A DNA stretch of 32,000 nt from an uncultured archaeon (GCA_964648855.1 CAZYLT010000002.1:235014-267013), one strand, 5' to 3'. Shown: positions 1 through 10,181, numbered from the stretch's first letter. Translations and numbers: made by a program. The notes: generated by a model not told the origin, from the letters alone.

Positions 1-312
1 CATCATAATACATTTCGTGAATTCTATCAAATAACCAACGAACTCTTCGTGATAAGAAATACTAGTGATGCTCAATTATCATGACTCTTACGCCTACAAT
101 GAGCTCTTATTCTCTTACTATCCTGTCAAACTTACCAAGATTGCCTTTAGTGAATAGGACAAGAATGGTTGACTTAAAGCTAGAAACATATGGTGCGCGA
201 ATCAGCTCTTGCCGCCTCCATTTCATACCAATTGAGAAAGCACTAATTACTAGGGAATCACCTATAAGTCATGAGGCCAATTTTAGCTCAGGAAATCCGA
301 GGGGTTTGTACT

Positions 313-768
313 ATGCCTGAAAAGGGAAGTAAAGGTGGAACAATTGCAACTGTGATTTTTGGTTTCATCTGGACAGGAATGGCATTAACAATGGGAATGT
401 TCATGCTTGACTTCGCAGCTACATGGCCCACTGACTTTGGTCCCAGTCCCTACCTTTTCGCTTGGATTCCGTTTGCTTTTGCCGCACTCGGTATCATCTG
501 CATTGTTGGCTCAATCTGGGGATATGTAAAAGATGATGAATCTACACCAGAAGATATTCGGATCACTTCAGTTGCGGATTCTTCCTTTGATGAGTATACA
601 TCCACTAGAACATCGGGATATAGGCCTGTCCCTACAATTGATATACCTGAGAAATGTCCACACTGTGATTCAGAACTCAGTTACGAGCAATTGAATTGGG
701 TGGGTCCATTGACTTTCGAATGCCCCCATTGTGGGCACCATATGCGCGCGGAACGGAGAACATTCTGA
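313..768 (+). CDS. Two-TM membrane protein with C-terminal zinc ribbon
   Basis: ORF 271..768; ATG at 313 follows a GAGGGG SD-like motif. Two hydrophobic helices, then CPHC-x18-CPHC. Confidence 0.75.
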   Translation: MPEKGSKGGTIATVIFGFIWTGMALTMGMFMLDFAATWPTDFGPSPYLFAWIPFAFAALGIICIVGSIWGYVKDDESTPEDIRITSVADSSFDEYTSTRTSGYRPVPTIDIPEKCPHCDSELSYEQLNWVGPLTFECPHCGHHMRAERRTF

Positions 769-896
769 CCTGCGTTCTTTCAGCCTATTCCATATGCAAA
801 TATTGGCGCATTTAATCGCAGTTATATGAATCAATTTGTGAACCAATTTTACCCATATCAATAGAATGTGGAAATATTCGCCAAGAGCGTGCAGAT

Positions 897-2306
897 GTGC
901 CTCAAGAGATAACCCAAGATGCCCATGCATCAGAACTTAGCTGGTTTCAGTCTGTTCGAATGGTCACAAGAAATAGGAACTGGACTCTCTACCTCCTAAC
1001 AGTCTGGATATACAGTGCACTTAATGTCCTGTATCAGTACTTCAACCTCTTTTTTAGAGATATTGGAATCTCATACATTGCTATTGGTGTTCTGTTATCA
1101 GGCATGCTTGGTGTGAGACTCATAGGCAACTTCGTGTCTGGCTATCTCGCGGACAACTATGATAGAAGAAAGCTCTCCGTATTCACAATGGTTGCTAGCG
1201 CACTGGGCTACTTCACTCTGGTATTTGCAGAAGGGATTGTACTTGTTGCCATAGGGCTTCTGATTATGGGACTTGCGTCATTTACCGGAACCGCAGGTAT
1301 TGCATATCAGATGCAGCAAGTGGATCGAAGATTCGGAGGAGTGGCACAGAGTCTATTTCAATTAGGAACATCATTAGGGCTTCTCCCATTGTATATGATC
1401 AGTGTCCTTCTTGGTGCAGGCCTTGGATTTGTGTATGTAATGCGTCTTTTGCTTCTCTTAGCGGCAGTACTCTACTTCATTGCGGCAGGTATTCGGGCAT
1501 TTGCTCTGGAATCCATCCCTCAACCAAGGCTGGTGGATTCCGATGAAGGTTTCATACGTCACTTCTTCAAAGAAAACATCAGGGGTCTCAAGCTTCTTAT
1601 TCGAGTTTTCCCCGTCTTTGTGGGACTAATCTGCCTTGATGCATTGAGTGATAGCTTCTACCAGTTTGCTAATACATACTATCTGAATGAAACACTACAG
1701 TATGGGCTTGGTGACATAAACCTCATGTTTCTCATCACCCTCCTGATATCCATCCCTCTGACACTCTATCTCGGTCGCTTCTTCGACAAACATGGAGGTA
1801 GAAATCTTACCATCGCTGTCTATTCCGTCATGCCCGTGTCCATCAGCCTTCTCATAATCGCCCGCTTTTTCCCGTACTATACTCCTCCCGAGTGGCGATA
1901 TATTCTTGATTCGATTTATCCGGGACTTGGTGTATTGTTCACGCTAGCCTTCCTTGCAACCGCCATGAAATCAATCAATGACACCCTCTGGTGGTCAGTC
2001 CTTGGTACCTATATTCAGAAATCATTACCTCGGCAAGATCTCGGCAAACTCTTCAGCCTGACAAATGTCCTTGTCATCTCCTTTGTATCATTGGGCCCAA
2101 TTCCTGCTGGATTCATCTACACCAATTGGCAAGGACTGCCTCTTCTTCTCATCACCCTCATCATCAATATTGGAATTCTGATTGTTTTGGTAAAAATGGA
2201 TATTGAACCGCGTGTCAGCGTAGAGGAACTTGAAGAGGAACTGGGCAAAGAGAGTAAGATAGAAATTGTGCGTGCTGAAGATGAGATAACAGAAGATGTT
2301 GTCTAG
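897..2306 (+). CDS. MFS transporter
   Basis: 469 aa with ~12 hydrophobic segments; motif A GYLADNYDRR and its second-half copy GRFFDKHGGR. Confidence 0.9.
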   Translation: MPQEITQDAHASELSWFQSVRMVTRNRNWTLYLLTVWIYSALNVLYQYFNLFFRDIGISYIAIGVLLSGMLGVRLIGNFVSGYLADNYDRRKLSVFTMVASALGYFTLVFAEGIVLVAIGLLIMGLASFTGTAGIAYQMQQVDRRFGGVAQSLFQLGTSLGLLPLYMISVLLGAGLGFVYVMRLLLLLAAVLYFIAAGIRAFALESIPQPRLVDSDEGFIRHFFKENIRGLKLLIRVFPVFVGLICLDALSDSFYQFANTYYLNETLQYGLGDINLMFLITLLISIPLTLYLGRFFDKHGGRNLTIAVYSVMPVSISLLIIARFFPYYTPPEWRYILDSIYPGLGVLFTLAFLATAMKSINDTLWWSVLGTYIQKSLPRQDLGKLFSLTNVLVISFVSLGPIPAGFIYTNWQGLPLLLITLIINIGILIVLVKMDIEPRVSVEELEEELGKESKIEIVRAEDEITEDVV

Positions 2307-2323
2307 AAGAGGGCGGCGAGAAT

Positions 2324-3121
2324 ATGACCGAACCGCGAAGCAATTTCCATACTTGGGGCGGAATCTGGGACCTACTTGCATATAGACTTGTTTCTCTCAT
2401 GGGCATTACTACGGGTACAAGAGTTCTCGACATTGGAACTGGAGGTGGATCTACCCTTTTAGCTGCACTGCGCAGAATAGGTCCCACTGGAGAGGCAATT
2501 GGAATAGACGCAGACGAAACCTGGGTTACACATATTCGTGACGAAGCTGAGAGATGTGGGCTAACCAATGTTCGGGCTTTCGAGATGGATGCAAAAGAGC
2601 TAGGTTTTCAGGATGGATCCTTTGATTATGTGACAGCCGGGTTCTTGGGGTGGGACTACTGCTACGACTTCGCGGAAGGAGAGTTCATTGCCGCTGATTC
2701 CATCATGAAAGAGATTCATCGTCTTCTAAGACCTGGTGGCATGACGGGGATTAGCACATGGACATGGCAAGACGATACAGAATGGATGGAACGTTTTGTC
2801 GAATCCTTCGAATACTACCCGCAAAGAGTATACCCAAAGGAAACCATTGACGGGTGGGGAGAGATAATGGGAGAGTCAGAATTCAACAATCCACTTCTTC
2901 TTCCTGAGGTAGTTGAATACACATATCCCACAATTGAGAATTGGTGGCAAGAGATGCTTGCCTACGGGTGGGAATGCCATTTGGAAGAGTTGGCTAGGAA
3001 ACAAGATATTGAAATGCAACACCTACAAGAATCAGCCATTGATCGGGTGCAAGCCTATTCATCAAATGACGGAGTATCTTTCCAACGGGGAGTTCTCCAT
3101 GTCTTGGCTACAAAGGAATAG
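2324..3121 (+). CDS. Class I SAM-dependent methyltransferase (UbiE/Methyltransf_11-like)
   Basis: Motif I VLDIGTGGG, GID, DGSFDYV and HRLLRPGG. Confidence 0.88.
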   Translation: MTEPRSNFHTWGGIWDLLAYRLVSLMGITTGTRVLDIGTGGGSTLLAALRRIGPTGEAIGIDADETWVTHIRDEAERCGLTNVRAFEMDAKELGFQDGSFDYVTAGFLGWDYCYDFAEGEFIAADSIMKEIHRLLRPGGMTGISTWTWQDDTEWMERFVESFEYYPQRVYPKETIDGWGEIMGESEFNNPLLLPEVVEYTYPTIENWWQEMLAYGWECHLEELARKQDIEMQHLQESAIDRVQAYSSNDGVSFQRGVLHVLATKE

Positions 3122-3362
3122 GTACTTGCTTAAGCCTCCGAAAGTGAAGATACCCCTCAGGATGTCCACTACTCCTTTCTAGAAGAAAATAGGAAATGAT
3201 ACATCGATGAGATAGAATCGGGTGGAATCTATAACCATGATGCAAATTGATGAAACTTGAATCTCCAGTAATCAGCAGTAACAAACCATTACTCATGATG
3301 AGTACTCTTCTGCAGTTCTCCCTCATTGTCTTTAATCCGCGGATGATTTTACTAGAAACTTG

Positions 3363-4400
3363 CTAGTCCTCAATTTGTGAGAATGTATATCCAATATTAG
3401 CTCCGGTCTGAACAGCCTGCATGCTTCCGGGAGTGCCTAGAATATCTCCACAGGGATATGCCCAGATATATCCGTTCACAGGCATCTTCACTTTTTCAAC
3501 TACATCTCCATGGAGGTTGAAAATCTCGGCGTATACTTCACCTTTTCTGAGAAATTCACCAGGCTTTTTCAGGAATCGAATGAGACCGCCCTTGTTGGCA
3601 CGTACAATACCCTGGAACTTGCATTTTCCAGGAATGATTGGGAAGCCTTTCTGCGGTTCGATTTCGCCATCAAGCATGTCAAATGCTTTCATGATGTTCA
3701 GAACGCCCCTTACGCCAGCACTCGTGGATGGTTCAGAGATCCATCTGCCATCTATGAGTTCCATGAGCAAGACGGGTACTCCATTCTGATCAGCAAGATT
3801 TCCGAGAGTTGGCGGTGCATTGGGGTCGATAGGTGTATCATCAACAATAGTGGTGACTCCGAAGGCCTCTGCCATTTTCTCCAATGCAGGCTTTGTCTTC
3901 GGATTGCCTGTGAGAATCTCCTGAAATATGAGGTCATCTGGGCGGACGTTGCAGTGAATATTGATTACCATGTCTGCCTTGCTCCATGCCTCTTGCCAGA
4001 GCACATAAGCCAGTCTCTCTGTTGCAGTGCCATCAGGGTTGTCTGCAGTGAGAAGACTACCGCTTCCGCCACCACCTAAATCAAGATTATCTATCCATGA
4101 GAGATATTGATGATGCATGTAGGCAAGGGGATTCTCCACTGGGATTCCAATTATGGATCCTCGTAGATTGTCTGGATTCACTAATTTCCTCATGACTCTA
4201 TGTATAACCTCGATGCCCTGTATCTCGATTCCATGTTGCGTCGAAACCAGAAGTAGAACGGGGCCATCCTGTTTTCCATTCAGAACAAGCACTGGGATAT
4301 CTATCTTCGTACCGGTGTTTAATTCGACACCCGGGATTATTCCCTTTGCAAGTTCACCTCTATTTGCTGTCGCAGTCCCAACAGTAAGCTCATCGGACAT
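3363..4400 (-). CDS. Succinylglutamate desuccinylase/aspartoacylase (M14-like) family protein
   Basis: GPVLLLVSTQHGIE (HxxE), NIH and a C-terminal barrel-sandwich segment (ANKGG...VKMPVNG). Likely start is ATG 4400. Confidence 0.85.
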   Translation of the reverse strand: MSDELTVGTATANRGELAKGIIPGVELNTGTKIDIPVLVLNGKQDGPVLLLVSTQHGIEIQGIEVIHRVMRKLVNPDNLRGSIIGIPVENPLAYMHHQYLSWIDNLDLGGGGSGSLLTADNPDGTATERLAYVLWQEAWSKADMVINIHCNVRPDDLIFQEILTGNPKTKPALEKMAEAFGVTTIVDDTPIDPNAPPTLGNLADQNGVPVLLMELIDGRWISEPSTSAGVRGVLNIMKAFDMLDGEIEPQKGFPIIPGKCKFQGIVRANKGGLIRFLKKPGEFLRKGEVYAEIFNLHGDVVEKVKMPVNGYIWAYPCGDILGTPGSMQAVQTGANIGYTFSQIED

Positions 4401-4544
4401 GTGAATTACCGATTTGGAGAGCATAACATCAACAACATATTTCTTCTGGATGAACCATATACGGGATGGAAACTACAAGAACGTCCGAGAGTCGCTTGCC
4501 CTCCAGTAGTGTTTCCACGGAATAGCCTTCGCTTGTGTCTACTA

Positions 4545-5186
4545 TTAATTATCTCCAATAATCTGTGGTAGTTCGTCAAAGAGAGGGATATTGAACTGTG
4601 AATTGTGCATCACCTCAGAGTCGTCAAACCCTCCTGTTGCTTGAAGTCTTGCACGTATAGCATCAAAGTCAAAGCCATGAGTTTCGCAAAACTCACGTGT
4701 AAACCAGTAATCTTCATTGAACGACCGTTCTCCAGTCTTTTCCCAGTCGAACATCAGATTGAGGTAGTCAAAGAGATCTTGGTAGTATTTGGGATGCAGC
4801 CCATCTGCGTCTCTAGTTTGCAGTATGGCATGACAATCTTTGCAGAGGATGTTGGAGTCGGCCCCATTTGGAAGAAGCACCGGATAGAAACAGCCAGGGC
4901 AGTGTACCCAGTAGTTGCCACCAACAAGGCATGGAATCAAATGGACTGTGTAGTCATGCTCCACTAATGCATTCCAAGCATTGCCCTTCAGATAATTGAA
5001 GTACTGTAGAGTTTCTTCAAACTTATGCGTCATCTCGCCAATGTTCCTGCATTCCGCAAACATCTTGGAAGGATTGAAGAATTCACCCCGGCAGTCCAAG
5101 CAGTCGCACTCTGACTCGGGCAATAGACTTCCTGGACAGAGATTCTCCTCAAGGGCTCTCTTAACCTCTTTCTTTTCAGTCATCAA
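4545..5186 (-). CDS. Cys-rich hypothetical protein with C-terminal DUF2695-like domain
   Basis: C-terminal FTREFCETHGFD...LQATGGFDDSEVMHN resembles the DUF2695 GG.CDCE..N motif; internal CPGC and CKDC pairs. Confidence 0.55.
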   Translation of the reverse strand: MMTEKKEVKRALEENLCPGSLLPESECDCLDCRGEFFNPSKMFAECRNIGEMTHKFEETLQYFNYLKGNAWNALVEHDYTVHLIPCLVGGNYWVHCPGCFYPVLLPNGADSNILCKDCHAILQTRDADGLHPKYYQDLFDYLNLMFDWEKTGERSFNEDYWFTREFCETHGFDFDAIRARLQATGGFDDSEVMHNSQFNIPLFDELPQIIGDN

Positions 5187-5479
5187 TTACCAGCTCCTAG
5201 TGTAACATTTCTCCATTGGTTTCTGCCCGACCTTGAAAAGCCCCACTCTGTTTGAGATGTTCCGAACACAAGAATGCCCCCTCCTACAAAGAAAATGAAG
5301 CCGCAGGTCAGGATGGCTGACCCCATCCACTCTGGATGGACGATTCGTACTGCAGCCAGGAACCAAGAGACCCCCATCAACGGGAGAAATGTCACGATGA
5401 ACAGAGCCACAAGTTTGAAGGCAATGGCGACCCAATTAGTTCCCTTTTCTTCTACCATTAGTCCCCCCTCCTGCCGCAC
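5183..5479 (-). CDS. Small two-TM membrane protein
   Basis: Two hydrophobic helices; GGAGGGGGG SD before MVEEK; stop overlaps the next start. Confidence 0.65.
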   Translation of the reverse strand: MRQEGGLMVEEKGTNWVAIAFKLVALFIVTFLPLMGVSWFLAAVRIVHPEWMGSAILTCGFIFFVGGGILVFGTSQTEWGFSRSGRNQWRNVTLGAGN

Positions 5480-5821
5480 TTACTCTTCTCGAACCACGAG
5501 CATTCCATGAAACTAAGCATCAACATCCATCATCCCTCACGGTTAATCCAGAGAATCTTCTTGGGAAGACGGATGTACTCAGAATACTAAAGCTCTCTGT
5601 TAGTCGCTTATCGGAAATAAGGGCCTTTCTTTGCGCCAAATATTGGTTTAGAAATCAATTGACGAATTGAAGTAGCGCCCTTAACACTCATTTTTGATTC
5701 TAGCCCTCCCATAACGCCCAGTTTGCACTTCCATCATCGCAACCGGCACAACGACTTCCGACTTTTTGCCATTTTGGGGGGAATAAATTTGAGTGGTCTA
5801 AAACAGACTCAGAGTGAGTGG

Positions 5822-5929
5822 TGGCGGGCCCGGCCAGACTTGAACTGGCGAGTTCTACCTATCCCACAAGCCGGAGCAAGTCCGGCGAGATAGAAGGGTA
5901 GCGCCCTATCCGGGCTAGGCAACGGGCCC
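5822..5929 (-). tRNA. tRNA-Arg(UCU) with a 30-nt intron at 37/38 (5861..5890) and encoded CCA
   Basis: Reverse complement folds as acceptor GGGCCCG/CGGGCCC-G-CCA, D-arm GCCT...GGGC with A20, anticodon stem CTACC/GGTAG, loop CT-TCT-A|A and T-arm GCCAG-TTCAAGT-CTGGC. Confidence 0.9.
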
Positions 5930-5959
5930 GAGAGTCACTGGACTGCTCTGAAGTATCTG

Positions 5960-5975
5960 GACATAAACCTTTCCG
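5960..5975 (-). promoter_or_regulatory. BRE/TATA promoter of the tRNA
   Basis: CGGAAAGG-TTTATG about 33-38 nt upstream of the mature 5' end. Confidence 0.55.
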
Positions 5976-6008
5976 CATGACACGACGGGGGTTAGAGTTC
6001 TCAGTAGT

Positions 6009-6269
6009 TCAAATCACGACAAAAGCAGGTGGATACATAACGAAATATTGGACCACAATGGATAGCACAATACCACCAAATACCAGACCCTTTCCTCGTT
6101 TTGGATTTGTATCGGTGAACCAGATTATTGCACCTGCTAATACAATAATCACTCCAGAAACACGTCCTATGAAGATCAGGAACTCCCAAATTTCAGCAAA
6201 GTACACAGAAATCATCTGAGCGAAGTTGGAGAGAGGGCTAAGTAGAGTTAGGAACCTCATGGCATACAC
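6009..6269 (-). CDS. Small two-TM membrane protein (VirB2/TrbC pilin-like architecture)
   Basis: Two hydrophobic helices joined by a basic loop (DTNPKRGKG). Confidence 0.6.
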   Translation of the reverse strand: MYAMRFLTLLSPLSNFAQMISVYFAEIWEFLIFIGRVSGVIIVLAGAIIWFTDTNPKRGKGLVFGGIVLSIVVQYFVMYPPAFVVI

Positions 6270-6402
6270 TACTCATTATTCATGACGGAGTGATTTAAGC
6301 ACCTTAGAAACTCGGTGTTTCTATTCATGCCCAAACGCGGTAGGAGTACTCTGAGGATTTGGTAGAAACTAAATCTGTTTTGTCGGGTATCTACGAAAGG
6401 GC

Positions 6403-7185
6403 TTACTCCCCTCTTAGTCCATCACAGAAGGCAAGCACATTCTTACCAAGATCCTCGAAGTTGTATCCCCCTTCAAGCAGCCCGAAACGGCGCCCCTCGC
6501 AATTCTCTTCAGCAAACTCACGCATCATGGCTCCAATCCTCGCAAAAGCCTGAGTTGACAACTTTCCTCCCCAGTCGTCAATGTATTGGTCAAACCCTGC
6601 AGATGCAGCGATGATGTCTACTTCTGGTGATTTATCCAGCCCCTTTCTGACATTCTCGAGATATTCTTCTTCCCCAAATCCACTCGGGTTGTGAATCACA
6701 ATATCCGGGTCATCTCCAAGAATGTTGATATTTCCATCCCCAGTATGCAAATCAAAATCCAGAATGTAGGCAGATTGAATCAGACCCTGTGTCTTCAAGG
6801 CTAAGAGAGCTATTGCCATGTTATTGAAGTAACAGAATCCCCAATATGATGCATGTGCGGCATGGTGTCCTGGCGGACGTATAAGCCCAAATGCTGGCTC
6901 TCCCTCTGCTGCAATCTCTGCTGTCAAGAAAGCGCCTCCTGCTGCTAGCAATGCCATCTCATATAGACGCCCTCCTTGTCTGGATGCTCTCTCCTCCTTT
7001 ATCTTCTCAATATGTCCTTCCGCGTGAGCACGATAGACCTCTTCTTTAGTTGCCTGTCTTGCCTCAACAAAATCATAATCTGGGTGCCTACTGAGAATCT
7101 CAACTGCTGTGTCCAATCGTCTTGGAGCCCCAGCAGGAGTGTGGTCATAGCTCTTTCTCATTTGCGGATGGAAGACAATCTTCAT
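6403..7185 (-). CDS. Histone deacetylase/AcuC/AphA family protein
   Basis: RPPGHHA, GFCYFNN, DFDLHTGDG, SAGFD and LEGGY motifs. Confidence 0.93.
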   Translation of the reverse strand: MKIVFHPQMRKSYDHTPAGAPRRLDTAVEILSRHPDYDFVEARQATKEEVYRAHAEGHIEKIKEERASRQGGRLYEMALLAAGGAFLTAEIAAEGEPAFGLIRPPGHHAAHASYWGFCYFNNMAIALLALKTQGLIQSAYILDFDLHTGDGNINILGDDPDIVIHNPSGFGEEEYLENVRKGLDKSPEVDIIAASAGFDQYIDDWGGKLSTQAFARIGAMMREFAEENCEGRRFGLLEGGYNFEDLGKNVLAFCDGLRGE

Positions 7186-7571
7186 GCCTATACAGTGACC
7201 ATCAGGGAATATGATTCTGTGGGTTCCTTAACGTAAAAGACAAATGAGGTCAATGTTTAATTCCCTTTTTGGGTATTATAGGTAATATTAGGGAAGTAAC
7301 TAATGAAAAGATGAATGCTATTGCTTTATGCTTTTTCGCAGTTGCAACATTCGTTGTGTTGGTAGTTGTAATTCGAATATGTGGATCGTCCTAGGATATG
7401 TCTAAGTCCCAATTGATATGACATCTCACTAACTGATGTGCTCCTCATTTTTAACCCTGCAAATCAAGGTGCAATCAATGCTCAGTGTCCTCTCTATTGG
7501 ATTATTATTATGAGCTCGCACGTTTTCCGGAAATGAACCGGAAGATAATAATGTCATAAAAAGAACGTCAA

Positions 7572-7603
7572 TGGGCAAGCAGGCTTGCGGCCCGCTGACC
7601 CGT
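7572..7603 (-). terminator. GC-rich hairpin 3' of rpl12 (terminator or mRNA-stability element)
   Basis: Minus strand ACGGGTCAGCGGGCC-GCAA-GCCTGCTTGCCCA forms a stem-loop ~45 nt after the operon's last stop. Confidence 0.5.
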
Positions 7604-7648
7604 CTGAACTGAATTGAAGGCTAGGAGGCGAACGACAGAACTCTCGTT

Positions 7649-7954
7649 CTAACCGAACAGGCTTCCAAGTCCAGCAGTGAACTCTTCTTCCTCTTCTTCG
7701 TCTTCTTCCTCTTCCTTCTCTTCTTCTGCTGCGGCAGCCTCTCCACCAGCGGCTGCTGGTGCGGCGGCGGTCGGAACCGCTGCGGCCGATTTCAGGGCAT
7801 CTTCTATATCAACGCCCTCGAGTGCTGCAAGCATGGCCTTTACCCTGCCTTTGTCTGGCTTAACGCCTGCGGCGTTGAGAACAGACTCCATATTGGCATC
7901 GGTAAGGTCTTGGCCTGCTTTGTGGAGCAGAAGTGCTGTGTATACGTACTCCAT
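7649..7954 (-). CDS. rpl12: 50S ribosomal stalk protein P1 (archaeal L12)
   Basis: [11 protein letters not shown] start, Ala-rich hinge, acidic tail ending GLGSLFG. Confidence 0.97.
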   Translation of the reverse strand: MEYVYTALLLHKAGQDLTDANMESVLNAAGVKPDKGRVKAMLAALEGVDIEDALKSAAAVPTAAAPAAAGGEAAAAEEEKEEEEDEEEEEEFTAGLGSLFG

Positions 7955-7975
7955 TTTTTATTACCTCTTTATTGT

Positions 7976-8998
7976 TTAACCAAACAGGCCGCCTAGGCCT
8001 GCTACAGCTTCTTCCTCCTCATCTTCCTCTTCTTCAGGTTCTTCCTCCTCTTTGGGGCTATCCTCTGCTGAGGGCGCCTCCGGAGTTGCTGCAGCTGCAG
8101 CACGAATCTGATTTACAAGGTCTGAGGGTATTGCGTCTGGATCCTTCTCGGCTATCAAACCAGCCAGCATGGCTGCCTCTGAATTCGCCTTGGCTAAGAA
8201 CTCGTTCAAGAGATCCGGAGTAAAGAATCCGATAGTGAGTGCTAGGCTCTTTGCCTCCATGTTCGCCTTTGCGATAATCAGCGGTATTGTTTCCGAAGTT
8301 GGATATCCAGTATTTACTGACAGATTGATTGCATACTGATGACCGAGTAAGATATTACCAAACAAGGCTTCAAGATCAATCTCAAGGTCGTTAGTTGTGA
8401 GAACTGTGCCATCTGCGTAGGCAGCGACAAGCTTGAGCTGAAGCTCCATCGGCTCAATACCCAGTCTTGTGAGCATCTGAGCCAGTGCATTGGAAATCAC
8501 TTCTCCGGTCTCAACAGCCACAGTGTCCTCCGTTACATGGATGACTCCTCCCTTCACTCGGGATGGAATATCCAATGCAGCCAGTTCACTGATGAACGGT
8601 CCGGGAGCAACACCTGTGTTCATAGCAGGTACAGTGATGTCCTTGGGTGACACTTGACCTCCCTTTGCAGGTGCAGCCGCCTTGTTTTCGCTGAGAAACT
8701 TGCTCAGCAAGAAGGGGTCTTCATCACTGAAGATGAAGGAAACAGGCCCCTTCAGATGATTTGCGAGGGCTTCTATCCCTTCTTGTCCTGACTCATCGAT
8801 TGCTCGTTTCATCAGTGTGTTCCGGGCCATCTTGATTTTTGCAGAGCCTCTCAAACTATCCCTGATTCCTTGGAGCTGTTTGGCACCAACGCCCTCTACG
8901 TTGACCAGGCCGACCATCTTGCTATTCTTGATGGTTTCAGCTAGCTCATCAACCAAGTCAATTTTCCATTGAGGGATTTTCTTTTCATAAACGCTCAA
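7976..8998 (-). CDS. rplP0: 50S ribosomal protein L10/P0
   Basis: IPQWK, KMARNTL, MLTRLGIEP; acidic tail ending GLGGLFG. Confidence 0.97.
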   Translation of the reverse strand: MSVYEKKIPQWKIDLVDELAETIKNSKMVGLVNVEGVGAKQLQGIRDSLRGSAKIKMARNTLMKRAIDESGQEGIEALANHLKGPVSFIFSDEDPFLLSKFLSENKAAAPAKGGQVSPKDITVPAMNTGVAPGPFISELAALDIPSRVKGGVIHVTEDTVAVETGEVISNALAQMLTRLGIEPMELQLKLVAAYADGTVLTTNDLEIDLEALFGNILLGHQYAINLSVNTGYPTSETIPLIIAKANMEAKSLALTIGFFTPDLLNEFLAKANSEAAMLAGLIAEKDPDAIPSDLVNQIRAAAAATPEAPSAEDSPKEEEEPEEEEDEEEEAVAGLGGLFG

Positions 8999-9010
8999 TG
9001 TGATTCACCT

Positions 9011-9673
9011 TTAGTAGGGTACCTCCACTGGGGGTCCCATGGTAGTCTTGACGAGAACACTCCCAACCCGTTGAAAGAGCTCTTTTCGCTGAACGAAGTT
9101 GAGAATAGCTGCAATGTTCTCAGCAATCTCTCTATCACTCATCTTAACATGTCCCACTTTGGTGTGGAACGTTGGTGTGTTTCTCATTCTGATTCGAACT
9201 GTACGACGGTATTGCTCAACCACCGGTCCAAGATCTGCTTGTGGTGGGTAAGGTCTTGGCATCTTTCCTCTCGGACCAAGTACCTGACCTAGATACCTGC
9301 CCACTAGCGGCATTGCCTCTGTGACAGCAATGAAGAAGTCAAACTCTTTTGCAAGGGTCTTGCGAGCCTTCTTGTCATCAGCTATGGTGGCAATATCATC
9401 TTTTGAAACGATTCTATCAACACCAGCCTCCTCTGCATTTTCAGCAAACTCACCGTCACCAAATACACAAATCTTCGGTGGCGGAACAAGTGGGTTAGGC
9501 AAAACAACCTCTTGGTTAATCCTATTCTCTGAGTCCGAAACATCAAGCTCTTTGCTTCTGAAATTGACTGCGACATCAATGCTTTGCTCGAAATTGATGC
9601 CTCTTTCTTGTCCCTTCTCTCTTGCCTCGGCCACAGCTTTCTCCACTGCTTCCATATCATAGTCGTATGACAT
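9011..9673 (-). CDS. rpl1: 50S ribosomal protein L1
   Basis: NFEQSID, LGPRGKMP and VKTTMGP motifs. Confidence 0.97.
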   Translation of the reverse strand: MSYDYDMEAVEKAVAEAREKGQERGINFEQSIDVAVNFRSKELDVSDSENRINQEVVLPNPLVPPPKICVFGDGEFAENAEEAGVDRIVSKDDIATIADDKKARKTLAKEFDFFIAVTEAMPLVGRYLGQVLGPRGKMPRPYPPQADLGPVVEQYRRTVRIRMRNTPTFHTKVGHVKMSDREIAENIAAILNFVQRKELFQRVGSVLVKTTMGPPVEVPY

Positions 9674-9677
9674 CTTG

Positions 9678-10181
9678 CTAGTCCTCCTTCAAGGGTTCGT
9701 CCAACTGTTCATCCCATTTTCCTTCACGGACTTCCTGTTGGAACTCCTTCGGAGGCTTGCCCTCTATCGTGACACCCATTGAAACACAGGTGCCCGCGAC
9801 AATCATGGCAGCGGTCTTCATGGTCAGGGCTGTAAGGTCTGCTGCTTTGCCCTTGGCGACATTCTTCACTTGGTCAATTGTCATGTTTCCAATGATATTC
9901 TCATTTGGTTCTCCTGAACCCTTGGCTACTCCAATCTCCTTCAAGATGAGCGCGCTGGTTGGAGGCGTACCTACCTCGACTTCAAATTCCTTGGTTTGGG
10001 GATTTACAGTGATTGTGACTGGTACTTTCAATCCCGCAAAAGGTTCAGTAATCTCATTGATCTTTGTGACCACTTGGAAAATATTTACGCCAGTAGGGCC
10101 TAATGCCGGACCAATTGGTGGTCCTCCAGAGGCCTTGCCACCTTCGACCATGGCATCTACTGTAATTAGTTGTTCGCTCAA
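9678..10181 (-). CDS. rpl11: 50S ribosomal protein L11
   Basis: GGKASGGPPIGPALGP and GTCVSMG. Start is likely TTG 10181 (or GTG 10190) rather than 10244. Confidence 0.96.
   Translation of the reverse strand: MSEQLITVDAMVEGGKASGGPPIGPALGPTGVNIFQVVTKINEITEPFAGLKVPVTITVNPQTKEFEVEVGTPPTSALILKEIGVAKGSGEPNENIIGNMTIDQVKNVAKGKAADLTALTMKTAAMIVAGTCVSMGVTIEGKPPKEFQQEVREGKWDEQLDEPLKED

Noticed and set aside
1-320. ORF 81..320 or a partial gene at the window start
   Set aside because: No continuous convincing frame or motif.
7572-7603. SECIS or ncRNA interpretation of the hairpin
   Set aside because: No AUGA/GA core and no upstream Sec codon; a terminator-like role is simpler.
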